Both the position numbers and the translations under genes were made by a program. A stretch of 63,026 nt of DNA, counting the filler, from Licmophora abbreviata (lineage: Eukaryota): NCBI GenBank assembly GCA_900291995.1. It is 17 parts of 17 records of this genome, joined end to end, with 100 filler letters (N's around TTAATTAATTAA, not from the genome) between each part and the next. Parts side by side here need not be neighbours in the genome. Positions count along the whole stretch, not along the records: positions 44,118 to 48,555 come from OLMU01003112.1; positions 48,656 to 56,940 come from OLMU01003113.1; positions 57,041 to 58,652 come from OLMU01003114.1; positions 58,753 to 60,153 come from OLMU01003117.1; 13 more parts are not named here. One strand, given 5' to 3'. The stretch's first letter is position 1, and the number at the start of each line of letters is the position of its first letter. This document shows, in pieces, positions 48,070 to 60,035 of the stretch. The notes beneath the pieces were generated by a model. It saw only the letters and a list, made by a program, of their open reading frames with translations. It did not search any database and had not been told where the DNA came from.

Positions 48070-48832
48070 ATGACGATGCTTACTGGATGTAACGGAAGTA
48101 CAGTTCTGGCGTTTGCGGGGCATACAGCGATCCAAAGGGGGTCATTGACTGTACTAGACATTCCTTCTGCGCGTGTAGCGACACGGCCGGCGTACACGGC
48201 CTGCTCTTCTTGTTTTGCGAGACGACGACCCGACATGGAACCCGATCAGAACGAAGAACTACCGCTCGAAGCGGCAATCGATCGAATATCTGGAATTATT
48301 TCCTCATCGACGCCGTTGATACCGCAAGTAGCTCTTGGATACCCGTTGGTGTTGTTACTGTTGGGTCTCGTCCTGCCATTTTTCACGTGGATACTGTCAT
48401 GTGGTTTGTTTGTTGGATTTTTCTATCTCGGAAGCGTGATTATTGACGAAGACGATAATGAACCAAGGGATATCTTGGCACTCCTTTCCTTGGCAGGAGG
48501 CCTGGCGTCGGCGGGGCTGGTTTCTCCGGCTGGATTGCTCTCGGCAACACGAGCTNNNNNNNNNNNNNNNNNNNNNNNNNNNNNNNNNNNNNNNNNNNNT
48601 TAATTAATTAANNNNNNNNNNNNNNNNNNNNNNNNNNNNNNNNNNNNNNNNNNNNTTTTCCATGATTGCGCTGGCGGCTGCCTCGCTTGTACCATTTGAA
48701 GGCGACTCAACGTTAGCCGAAAGGGATAGCCGGATCGAGGAACCTACAACAACATCACTAGATGACGAGCTATTGCAACGGTGGGACAAGAAGTTTGTGA
48801 GCGACGAATCCGAGAAGGACGAGGAGTTGTAG
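48070..48832 (+). CDS. Hypothetical multi-pass membrane protein (spans gap)
   Basis: Three to four hydrophobic segments before the gap. An open frame after the gap ends ..ELLQRWDKKF..EEL* at 48832. Confidence 0.5.
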
Positions 48833-49644
48833 CACTCTTTGGAGACGGTGCAACTATACTCGTAATTACTGTTAGTATATACGCTTTCATCGATGAGCCG
48901 AAGTGCCTACCTTTCGTACCCTGGTACCCAACATCAAACGAAGCCCGGCTTTGCGGTCGCCAAGCGTCTGGCGTGCGTCACGCCGGCTCTCACTGGCATC
49001 AAGTCACGTGTAGAGTCCTCACTAACATTAATGTTATCTACGTGTACGAATAAATGTTATAACTTTCCCGCCAAGACTGTCCAAAAAATTTACGAATCCC
49101 GTGTTCTCAACACGACTGCCAAATTTAAAAAGTGTCATCGGAACGTGTTGTGTAGTTTGTTTATGTCCACAAGCCTATATGTCATATCATCCGTTAATCG
49201 CGTGCCTGCGAGTGAGCATATAGAGGCATGTATAGGTGAAATTTACCCAAATATCTTTTTTCGAAGTTCAAAGTGCGCACCCTCATGTTTCGTTCCTGAT
49301 ACCGGTAGTATCTCACACGTGAGTTTATGGACCCACGTTCCAAATCAGGACTGAAGAGAAGAAGTCGGGGTCGAGAAAGTTCCATTTTGCTGGGCAAGCA
49401 AGATATCAAGACGACGTGAACGAGTCCAAAGTGTGAGGCACCAAGTATACTTTCGCGGGAGTCAATTGCTTCGTCGGAATCGAACTGGAGGAGTCGCACC
49501 TCACGGAGACTGTGGACACCACGGAACACGGAGCGACGTTTCGTGATACTCAAGACAGAGGAGAGTAGACTGCTTTTTGCTCCGTTGGTATCACAGAAGT
49601 GTTGACTTTTCCACTTTGCTTCGATCTGGTCCTAAGCCTTCGCC

Positions 49645-52286
49645 ATGGATTCACCTCCGCAGGACCCCGACGATGATCTGCGGTCACCGGTGAGCGAAGC
49701 ATCGCCGGCCACCGGGTCGCTGCGCAAGAAGCGGAACAAGACGCCCTCGACGCCACAGACGACAGCAACGGAGCTCATGACTCCCATGAATGATACGCCC
49801 ATGAGCACTCCGTTCGGGTCCGTCTCATCGAATCCTTGTACAGCTCCAGTCACGGCCCCGTCGCCGCGCGACGAGGTGGCCGACATTGCCTTGCAGGACG
49901 AGGAATATTTCTTTGATGGGTCCCCCTCTTCGCATTGGGACGACGAGTGGAACAGCCGTGCGCTCTTTCGTGATGAAGAAGAACCTGGAAAGTCGTCGAA
50001 GAGGAGGAGTCTTGCTCGAACGGACAACTTGCCGCCGCCAATTCCGCCTCCGGACGAGTTTTCTTCGAGGGACATTTCGGGGTCGTCTCTGAACGACGGC
50101 ACGTCGTCACGCCGCAAAGTGCGTGCCACACGACGAACCAAGAGCGTAACTGTGGGCGAGCACTTTTCCTCTTCATCTTCCCTGGGAATGTCTGAGCGAA
50201 GGCGCTCTTCATCGCATTCGTCTCGTCGAAGTTTCTCCAACTTTTCAATGTTGGATGGTGATGAGGTTGTCAAAGTAGACACCACCCCATTGACTACCTC
50301 CGACTCGTCACCCGACTCGAGCCCGAGTCCCACTCGTGACATTCCCAAGCATCGGCGGCGACTGTCCAGTCCGATTCCTGCGGACATGGAAATGTTACCG
50401 CTCCGTGCCAGGCTCGCATACAAGCTCGGACGCATGCGAACAAACAAATTGGTACTGGTTCTATGTCTAGTAGGCGTCGCGTCTCTAGGCATTACGGTCT
50501 CGACAAACCTGTCCATATCCATTCCGACATTCCAGGATGACCTGGTTATGGACGCGGAACAACTCGAGCGTGCCATTGCCAAGTACGAGGAGACACACGA
50601 TGTGCGAGTGCGACGACCGGCGCGTCTGCAGCCCGAAGGTGGGCTGCGTGGTCAGCTCCTTCTCAAGCACAAGGGTCTGCCCCAAAAAGCGTCGTCAGTC
50701 GGTGACAAGGCCATTAAGAAACCCATCGAGACAGACAAGAAGGACAAACGAGAAGAGGCTGGCAAGAAAATCATAGTCTCCAAGGAAAAGTACGAAAAGC
50801 GCCACAGCAAGACGACAGCCGAGACGTCTGCTCACCAGTCAGATGCCAAGGCCTCCTCAGCCACACCTAGTTGGAACCACGTTAGCTCAGCGCCCAAGGA
50901 TTCATCCTTTGCCGCGGGCTCAAAACGACGAATCGCTCGGCCGCCTGAGCAAGACATGAGAGTGTCGAGCTCATTCGAAGCGATCGACGAGAACATGTTT
51001 GTCGCAGAGGAGAAGGGCAGTAGTGGATCACATGCGCCGCGGCTTGTTTCGCTCCACGATCCGATAACGGACAAAACGGTAGCACAACCCCGGAGCATCA
51101 CACAGTACCCAGCCGACTTTACCGACAACACCCAGTTGTATTCGATTCTAGATTCGGAAGACGAACGCCTGGGTCGCATGGAAATTCGTGATCCGTACTC
51201 GGACGAGCACTGCGTCCCGATGCAGGAGTGGCAAACTACATTCCACCCGTCGTGCAACGGTATGCACGAGGTTGCCCTAGAACATATGGGTGGCGACAGT
51301 GAAAACGATTTCAACTTGTTTGGCACCAAAGGCTATTGGCGGAATGCCTGGAGAATCGATATGCTCGGCGGTCATCATCACATTGAGGATAGAGAGACTG
51401 CGGTGCTAAAAACGCTTAAGTGAGTCCTTGCATTTCGCTTTCTCCATCGCGATTCTCTGTTGCATCGCTCTGTGCCCTAACATAATCACACTCCCTTTCT
51501 CGTTACTCGTATTTCAGATTTGAGCACAACTTCGAGGATGCTCACTTCGAGCATGATCGCGTGGACGCTGTTGCCATGGAGCGTCTCACGGCCTCCCCGC
51601 ATGTGATTAATGTCTTTGGGTTCTGCGGGCACTCCGTGGTTACTGAGCATGCCGATGGATCCCGCGTCGGTGAATTGGCAGACAAGTCGAAAAAGACGTG
51701 GCTGGCGCGACTCAAGATAGCCCGAGACATTGCCAACGGGCTAGCCGACGTCCATGGGATTGATGGAGATGGAAACGCCACGTTTGTGCATTTGGATATC
51801 AACCCAGCCAACGTCGTGAGTGTCGGTGGAACGCTCAAGCTGAACGATTTCAACATTGGAATCATTCGACGATGGAACACAACGTCGAATACACCCTGCG
51901 GATTTCCGGCGCAGTATCCGAACCCACAATGGCGCTCGCCGGAAGAAGCCCGCAACGAGCAGAGTCTAACGGAAATGGTGGATGTCTTTTCGATGGGTCA
52001 TATTTTCTTCCGACTTATCTGCGGACACGAACCATGGAACAAGCTGGAGCCAGGTGGCAAGCCAAGCAAGGAGGAAATTGACCGAAAGGTGCAACAAGGG
52101 ATGCTTCCATTCATCCCACCAGATATTTTAAACACAAAAGATGAAGAGGTCGCAGCGATTCGCTCGGCGATGCTTCGATGCTACGATAAGGATCCTTTGA
52201 AGCGACCCAGCGCCCGCGAGATTGCGAATGTGTTGCAAGAAGCGCTCGACAAACTGACAGACGGGGGGACAAAGAAGTCATCATAG
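49645..52286 (+). CDS. Type II membrane protein kinase (PKDCC/VLK-like secretory-pathway kinase)
   Basis: Single TM (KLVLVLCLVGVASLGITV). Kinase motifs FGTKGYWRNAW, VLKTLK, HLDINPAN, KLNDFN, WRSPEE, DVFSMG and KRPSA. Intron 51420-51517. Confidence 0.82.
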
Positions 52287-52365
52287 AAGGAACAGCCGAT
52301 GATTACTGCAAAGAGTTAACCTATTGTGCCTTACTATTACTGGTCTCGTATCACTTGTCTTCATT

Positions 52366-53726
52366 TCAAAACGGAACCTTGTAACCCAGGACCAAGAGAA
52401 GTAAGCCCGCCAGTACACCTGCCACGCTGTTGGCGACCGAAGGCGAGACTTCCAGATTCCCAATGACCATTTCGATAGGGGCCAGGAGAAACGCATTGGC
52501 CAGCACCTGGCAGGTTCTAGATGTGCGGTCGTCTATGGCAATCTCTTCTCTCACTGCCATGACAACGAGCTTGGGTCCGATAAATTGAGTGCATGTCGAA
52601 ACAGGGTAACAGACTGCCGAGAGCGACATCATGAGCATTGCTGCATTCGACAAGTAGACAGCTAGAACCAATGCCGTATGAGAACGAGTCCATAGCAGCC
52701 CATCACTCTGCCACACCATACTAATGAGATTTGCCGTCTCCACTAGGAATAGGGACATGGCCAGTATCATCCGAGCGCCAAATCGCATTGAGAGGTGTCC
52801 AATATCCTGCCCCAACCGATGGAACGACTCCGACCAACGCTCGAGCATCGGGTGGTACTCTGGATGAACAGAAAGGTAGTTTGTTCGCTGGAAGATATCC
52901 AGTTGAGTGTCTAGCTCCGCATCGATTTCGTTTAGCCGCACCTGTATTCCTCTCAACGCCAACGCGGTCAGTAAAAAGTGGGCATATATGGTGCATTTGT
53001 GAATCAATATCGAAACAGCGGCGTACGGGATATAGATCGCCTTGCGTTCGATTGTCTCCCCTCTTTTGAAAATCCACAGGACTATCTCCACCACGACAAC
53101 GCCCAACGCAGTTACAAGACTAAGGAGTATGAAAAATCGCGCCCCCCTGTCCCGCATGAGTTTTTCCGTGTTGATGCGGCATTCAGTGAGAGTCGCATTC
53201 TTGGAAAGGTAACCCAATGACGTATGCATCGGCGCAGCAAACCAGAAACTCATTAGCAATGGAAGAAGAAACGCATCGAGACGAATCAAGCTCCGGATCG
53301 TGGCGTCCTTGTCCACAACTAGCGAGGGAAAGACGTAGTATCCGGCCTCGACCGCCAAGACCAAACCAAGAACAAGGAGATTTGTCACGTAGCGGCAGCA
53401 TCGGTTTCGGGAGCAAATCACAAAGTTCGGGGTAGCGAGCAAGTCGTCAGAGTAAGAACCCGTATGAATCGCGTGATCATAGACAGGAGGGGTGTTTCTG
53501 TCGTCACTGGAGCCACGAGGCCGTCGCTCTCTTGGACATCATGAAGCGTGTCGTCGTGTGATGGGTGTTCTCGATCGAGCAAAATCAGGCTCTTCTCACT
53601 TCCTGAAGCCTCTACAGCTGCTCTTTCTATCCACAAGAATAGACGAATGAGTCTTTTGTGAAAACGGTGGTCTGGGGGCAACAATCGTTCGTCTGCGGCA
53701 GCGGAGGAGGCGTTCGACACCATCAT
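52366..53726 (-). CDS. Seven-TM protein with gustatory-receptor-like (7TMIC/GRL/DUF3537) topology; 1-bp frameshift at ~53430
   Basis: Seven hydrophobic helices, a long TM4-TM5 loop and a split terminal helix (APIEMVIGNLEVSPSVANSVAGVLAGLLLLVLGY). No signal peptide. Adding one C to the C run joins the N-terminal ORF. Confidence 0.6.
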
Positions 53727-53987
53727 GGTGTGATGACACGAATTGCAATCTGTGACATCAGAAATACGCCGCGCGCATCTCACTTCAAAAAGTCTTACAT
53801 ACTCCGCGCACGCGTACCGATACCGGGTACCGCGGTTTAGAAGATGAGTTCACGTGTCCGCATCGACTGCCGACAATACCTTCGACCTCTGCTGCTCTCT
53901 CAAATAAGTTCGAAAGTACGCACACTTGACGTTCATGATAAGCAGCGTGTTACTACAATATCACATCCAGTTACTCATGCGTGTCTC

Positions 53988-55231
53988 TTAAACAGAAGTG
54001 GCCCCCTCTTGATTTATGTCAGAGGTGCCATTCGAATCGAGTGCACCATCCTCCTCATCGTCCTCGTCCTTGTTACAATTCCTAGGGTCGCACAATACGT
54101 GGGCCTTGCAATCAGGACAACTCCCCGCTCGCTCGGTCAACCATGGATGTATACAGTCGTAATGATAGGCATGACGACACAGTGGTAAGACCCGTATTCG
54201 TTCGCCCTCCTCAAAGTCTTGTATGCAAATGGAGCACATTGTCGAGGTAGTAGCCATCGGAGTTATCCCCACCTGACATTCCTCTTCACTGTTGCCGCTC
54301 CCGTCACCCTTGCCCCCTCTTCCATTTGCTCTTGCCAGGCACCATCACCATCGTCACTACGATACACCAAAACAGGCAAGTCCATGACCTGCGCGTTGGA
54401 CAAGAGCTTCTTGTCGGGTCGATTTCTACTAGGAAAGCTTCCTCCGACACCACCAGAAGACCCCTCCTCCCCAGCACTGCCATGTATATTTCGCCGACAA
54501 AGAAAGAGAGTACAGGGCGCGACCAGTACGCATAGAAAGATCGCAAGAAAGATCAAGTATAATACGACATCGTGGGTGCCGACGGGATTTTGAGGATCCG
54601 GAGGTATAATGCTGAGCGGTAGGGACCATTTTTCATTGCCTAGACTACCCACATAGGGACTCTCTATCACCCCGCTCGACAAGAAGGGAGTCAGCATGAC
54701 ACCTCGAATGCTTCGTCCTGCAAGGAAACTGACAAACATGAGTCCCATGTTCTTGGAGGTCGCCATAGTAGAGGGGTCAGGGATCTCATCGGGATTGAAG
54801 GAATCGTTGGATTGAAAGACGAGGTATCGTACCAGCGACGACAGTTCGAGGCGAGACGCATGCTGAATCTGGGTCGACATGCTGCAGTTTACCGACAGAG
54901 GAACTAGCAGTGCAATGGGTTCCAGATTGTATAGACCTTGCACTGGCTCTGCTGGATCTGTGGTGGTGACAGGATCCAGACACAAGTCGAGATTGTATTG
55001 CGGGGGAAGCATCAAGTTGGCACTGCGCACGAATTCCGTCACGCGTTTGTCGCTGCTCGAAACAGCAGCTCGGTATCGCAGGACTCGAGCCAGTCTCAGT
55101 TGTACCATCGTAGTCCCACGGTTAGGCGAGTCAGCAGAGGCCAGGACTAGTACACTCGTAAAGACTGCCAGTATTGCCAGTACTTGTAAAGGCAGCGACT
55201 GCGGAGTTATTGTGTTGCGTATCCTCATCAT
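53988..55231 (-). CDS. Signal peptide-(PA-like)-TM-RING-H2 E3 ubiquitin ligase (RNF13/RMR-like); 1-bp frameshift at ~54315
   Basis: Signal peptide; TM VVLYLIFLAIFLCVLVAPCTLFL; RING-H2 CSICIQDFEEGERIRVLPLCRHAYHYDCIHPWL..SCPDCK. Adding one G in the G run joins the frames. Confidence 0.82.
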
Positions 55232-55633
55232 GGTGCTGATGGTGATTCCAGGCCATATATACCTGATGGTACAGCTGCACTTTTGGCTTGTACAGTGACT
55301 GTGTGACCGTTTTCTGCGCGTCTGTGAGCAGAATTCAGTCGTTTCAAAAAACAAAAAACCTCGTCGTCGCGTGGAAACTCCGGGTCTTTTCTTGAGTTGT
55401 GCGAGCTCTATGATACACCAACGTCTACTAACTTGCGACCTCGTAGTGTCACAACGCGCTCCTTCAGGCGCGCAGTCACAGTCGTGCATCCGCGATCTCG
55501 AGATGATCCGCGATCCGCGATCCGGGAGAAGAAAGTTGATCGTGTGAAGGCGTCTCAGAGACTCGGCATGTTCTTTCGTTTGCGATTCTACAGCCCCTGC
55601 TAGCTGGCGAACGTATCACTCAGCTCTTCCAGA

Positions 55634-56500
55634 ATGGCGGAGGAGGATCAGGTTCCGATCGATGTCGTGGTGGCCGTCAACAAGGAACGAGAAGCTCGTA
55701 TATGACTATTCACGGCTGCTGTACAACACGGTTTGGTTTTCTTGTTGTGGTTCTGGTGTTACTTCTGGGGATTATTGAAGGGTTGGCTTCGGTTATTGTT
55801 ATTTTTGTCATACGAGCTACCAGTGCAAGGATTGACCAAGCGGGCGACCCGACATCTGCACCATCTCCCGTCATGAGAGACGATGCTACTCCCGACCTGA
55901 CGCCAGCTCCCGCGCAACATTACTAGCTACTGTCACTCCCGACCCGAGCCCACCAATGTCGGGGAGCCAACCACAAGTCGCAAAGAAGCTATCGTTTCCT
56001 TCATAAATTCCATTACCCAAACCGGACGACAAATCGTCTATCCTCTTTCGGCAGTCGTCGATGACGACCCCACACTAGAAGACAAGGCCCTGTCGTGTTT
56101 CCATGGTTCTTGACAGAATCTCTCGACTCTTGCAGTTGTTCAACACCAGTTTGGTCAGGATTTCATATTGTTCGCCTTGCATCGGCTCCACCCAACCTGC
56201 ACCAGCTGGCGATATTCTATTTGACTCTTTACGGCAATAGTACTCTTCTTCGACCATCGCTTGGTCGATTTACAGAAATATTCGATATGTACAATTACCT
56301 TTCCATGGTGCAAACTGCCACGGGTTGGCTAAACTGGCGTATTGGCGAGTTGACGGATCTTCTTCAACATGGTCATATTCTATAGCTGCAACATCCCCTT
56401 ATTTCTCGAGACAGAAAAGATTGACGTTGAACTTCCGTGTCTTTTTCGTCCAACGACAAGAGCTGTTGGACTTAGCAACACGTGTTGATCGACATGCAAC
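55634..56500 (+). pseudogene. Disrupted TM + Pro/Thr linker + LRR-like gene remnant
   Basis: Fragments in shifting frames: TM (FLVVVLVLLLGII), PTSAPSP linker, EAIVSFINSIT..TLEDKALS and LRR-like LTLYGN..PSLGRFTE. Multiple stops and frameshifts; the 3' end is approximate. Confidence 0.45.
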
Positions 56501-57040
56501 GGCGCTGCAATAGCGTTGACGATCAAAAAGAACTTTTCCAAATTTCAAACTTCGTAGCAACTTTTCGGCTCAGAGCGCCGTGTGCCGGCATGCCTGCTAC
56601 CGGTACCGGAAATGATACGACGTGTGTGTTAGGCAACGCCGTCCCTTATTTGCACCGGTAAAGCATGTATTATGGATCAGCCAGAGCACAGTTCGTCGCA
56701 AGACAGTTGTCAAGAGAGGAAGTGGACTCGGACAGGCTCGAAGCCAGCCCTAATAAGAAGCGCACAATGGATGACCAGACAATGTTTCTACTTTCAAGCT
56801 CGACGACTCTAGAGACCCCGCAGCTTAGTAGGAACTAGGCCAAGCACAAAGACTCAAACGGATATTTCTAATTTTCTACTTCAAGGGTGACGTTGGACGC
56901 TACGAATTTTCGAATGAGCAGACCGTAGACACGAGGAGCCNNNNNNNNNNNNNNNNNNNNNNNNNNNNNNNNNNNNNNNNNNNNTTAATTAATTAANNNN
57001 NNNNNNNNNNNNNNNNNNNNNNNNNNNNNNNNNNNNNNNN

Positions 57041-58224
57041 GCATAGTTGTTGTAGTACTCACCCAGGGGCGTCAACGCAGATGTACCCCTCGGTCCAATC
57101 TCCTTGAAGGTCCACATCGAACTATGAGCGCTATCAAGGACATCGCAAGTATCGATGGCGCAGAAACAATTGTTGCTGCTCATTGACAGAGAAAGCGGGG
57201 AAGCGCACTCGGGTGTCACATCCGCGGCTGATATACATTCATGCAAGTCCTGAATATGTCCCTCGTCAGTGCCAAAGTGGTTGAGCCACTTTCTTTTATG
57301 GCAGATCTGAGCTTTGGATACGTCCCAGACCAGCTCATTGAGGCTGTTGTGCTCCCAATCGGGATTGTATGCACTGTACCAAGAGTAGCGAAAAACTGCT
57401 GGATTGTTGTGGAGTATCGGCATTATTTGTTCCATGAGCGCTGACTGCCTTGCTTCTGTGCAGCCCGTTTCGCCTTGGATGCCAAACCCGCAGGCAAACT
57501 CGGTGAGCCACAGCTTCTTTCCGTACTTTGTATGCCATTGATTGATCCTTCTGGTCGCCTTAATTGCTTGGTAGCCTACGCAGGCCCATTCGGCCACGTC
57601 AGGGCCACAGGATCCAACTGCGGCGTCCCACGGCTGATAGTATAGATGAGCGCAGGTGTAATCAAAGGCGCAAGAATCTGATCCATACATCATGGTACAG
57701 TTCCCGAGCCACTCGTCATACCAGGCTAGTCCAATTCTCTTGCCTGTTGTGCATGGAGCTACCAGTTCAAGACCGTAGTCACCCGCGATCTTCTCGACTT
57801 GAGGCCACAGCTGCGCTGCATCTGCAGGAAGTATGTTGGACTGATCTGGGCGGTCAGGCTCGTTGAAGGTCAGCAAATAAGTTGCCTCCCTTAAGTTCAT
57901 GTCGGTCTCGCTATCGAGCGGTAGAGTAGGAACAGATCCCCAAAACATGGGGACGAATTCCATCCCGGCATCCCTTATCTTGCTCACCGATTGCTCGGGA
58001 CGATCACACAAAGAACGTTTTTTGCCAGTGAAGCCAGTTGTCGAGGACCACGAATACCACCATTGCGAGGATGTGTGTGGAGTAAGCGCATCGCAAGACT
58101 GTGCGGAATAGAGAGGCACGCCCTTTTGAAAGTTGCGCTCTGCGGTGGTGCCGCTGTTACTAACGATTACGGCAAGAAGGACAGCCGTGCTCAGCTTTCG
58201 TAGACTTGAGAACCAAGCAGTCAT
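57041..58224 (-). CDS. GH128 beta-1,3-glucanase-like protein with Cys-rich insertion (copy 2, stop lost in gap)
   Basis: WWYSW, EFVPMFWG, LLTFNEPD, HLY, KLWLTEF (nucleophile), VFRYSWY and a terminal LTPLGEYY. Confidence 0.9.
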
Positions 58225-58752
58225 CGTTAAAAATGGGGTCTGCCTGCCAAGATCAAGGCTTGACAAAATCTATGTCTTGTCACGCTTGAGGCAAACTATA
58301 AAAAGTGATCATGAGTTGTGAAAGCTTCACCCAATTCTTCTTTTCAGCTTCAACCAAGGCGGCTTTTTCAGCTTCACCCAATGAATTTTTGGCGGGTGTA
58401 ATTATAGAAAGTGATCCTTGGTTCTTGTGAAGTTCACCCAATTGCTAGGTGGCAGTGGCATTTATAAATGAACCATAAGTTCTTTTGGTGATGCCAAGGG
58501 CTTTTTTCTCTTTCGCGCCATTTTGTCGTGCTTCGTCCGCTGGATCTTATGGCGCGTGCGGCGGTCCGGATTTCTTGATTAGATTTTTCGCTCACGTTTT
58601 GTGTATACATATTGGAATGTTGCATAATTATTGTAATGTCAGAGTAGCAGACNNNNNNNNNNNNNNNNNNNNNNNNNNNNNNNNNNNNNNNNNNNNTTAA
58701 TTAATTAANNNNNNNNNNNNNNNNNNNNNNNNNNNNNNNNNNNNNNNNNNNN

Positions 58753-60035
58753 CCTTTTCGCTGATGCGAATCATGCCAACACGAACACGCGTCTGCCTGA
58801 CACCCAAGTCCGTTGCGGACACAGACGCAGTCATCGCTCCAGCAACATGGCTCCTTTTCGACGGCATCATGAAGCAATTGTTCCAATTCAGCACGCGATG
58901 TCGTGGATGACTGGTTCTTGTCCGGCAGAAGACCACGTTTCCGTAATTCTTCCTTCACTTTACGTTCGTTCATTCGCCGATGCTGTGCCTTCCTGCCTCC
59001 ATCCTTGGGCGGGATATACACGTCCAACTTGCGACACGAGCATCCAGTACTACCCTCCATACTGCGGTGGACGCGGACCTGTTCCAGTTCGTTGCGTGCA
59101 TGCAGCACGTCAGTCGATGTAAAGGTCTTGTTGTAATACTGATCGCTGTTGGACCGTAGCCGCCGAGTGGTCGTTCGAGAGATGGGTTTGGGGGAGTCCT
59201 TGGGAGAAAATTGTTCGCTTTTAGATCTTTGTCGGCGTTGTTGTTTCAAGCTGTTGGATCGAGGGGGTGACCTCGGTGATAGCTCTGATGAAGGCGAGTT
59301 GACGGGATGATCGGCCTCGTTGCTTTCTGACACGAGCAGGTGCATTCGCTGGTCCTCTGACAATGGCCGAAACAATGGATTCTTGGTACTGCCTGTAATC
59401 TCGCATGGTANCTTTTTGTAATCAAACTGACGAGTCTCCAACACTCCCGTCGGTGGCACCATTGGTGGTCGAAGGTGATGAATCTCAGCCCCATCCTTAT
59501 TATTTTGCTTTTCCCGACGTTCCGAAGAACTGACTATTTGAAGCCATCGTTGTCGCAATTCGACTTGTCGTCGTTCTTCAAACCCCTCAATACCGCCATG
59601 AATTTGATACTCGTCACTCACGGTACAACCCATGCCCAACGGCCAACCCCCGTCGACCGGTACCACGTCACAACCCAAACATCGCTCGTACTCGCGTACC
59701 GAAACCCCACCGAATCGAACTGTCTTGGCGACTGCCGCTTGATGCGTATCGTTGTCGTTGGAGCTATCACTTTTCTTTTTGTTCTTGGTTCGCTTCTTTT
59801 TGCGCTTCGTTTTCTTCTTCGTAAGAGTCGGCGAAGATGATACTGATGCTTTGATGTTTGCAACGGCATTCGAAGAAGCAGTGTTGCCATTATTTGTTTT
59901 GTCGGGTGACCTTTTCATTCTCGATGAATCCTTTTCTTCTTCCTCCTCCTCTTCGGTATCCGTTTCATCCTCGTCATCCTCATTCATCACCAGCGTGTGG
60001 TAGGCTAATGATTGGAATAATGGAGGCGGTGGCAT
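58753..60035 (-). CDS. CSRNP (cysteine/serine-rich nuclear protein)-like protein, 3' end at gap
   Basis: Basic NLS tract; KTVRFGGVSVREYERCLG..VPVDGGWPLGM; ELEQVR..GCSCR; CCWSDDCVCVRNGLGCQADACSC. These match the CSRNP_N layout. Confidence 0.7.

Noticed and set aside
2133..58224. One large segmental duplication explaining the ExeM and GH128 pairs
   Set aside because: The intervening genes are not duplicated, the spacings differ (~40 vs ~35 kb) and the divergence levels differ markedly.
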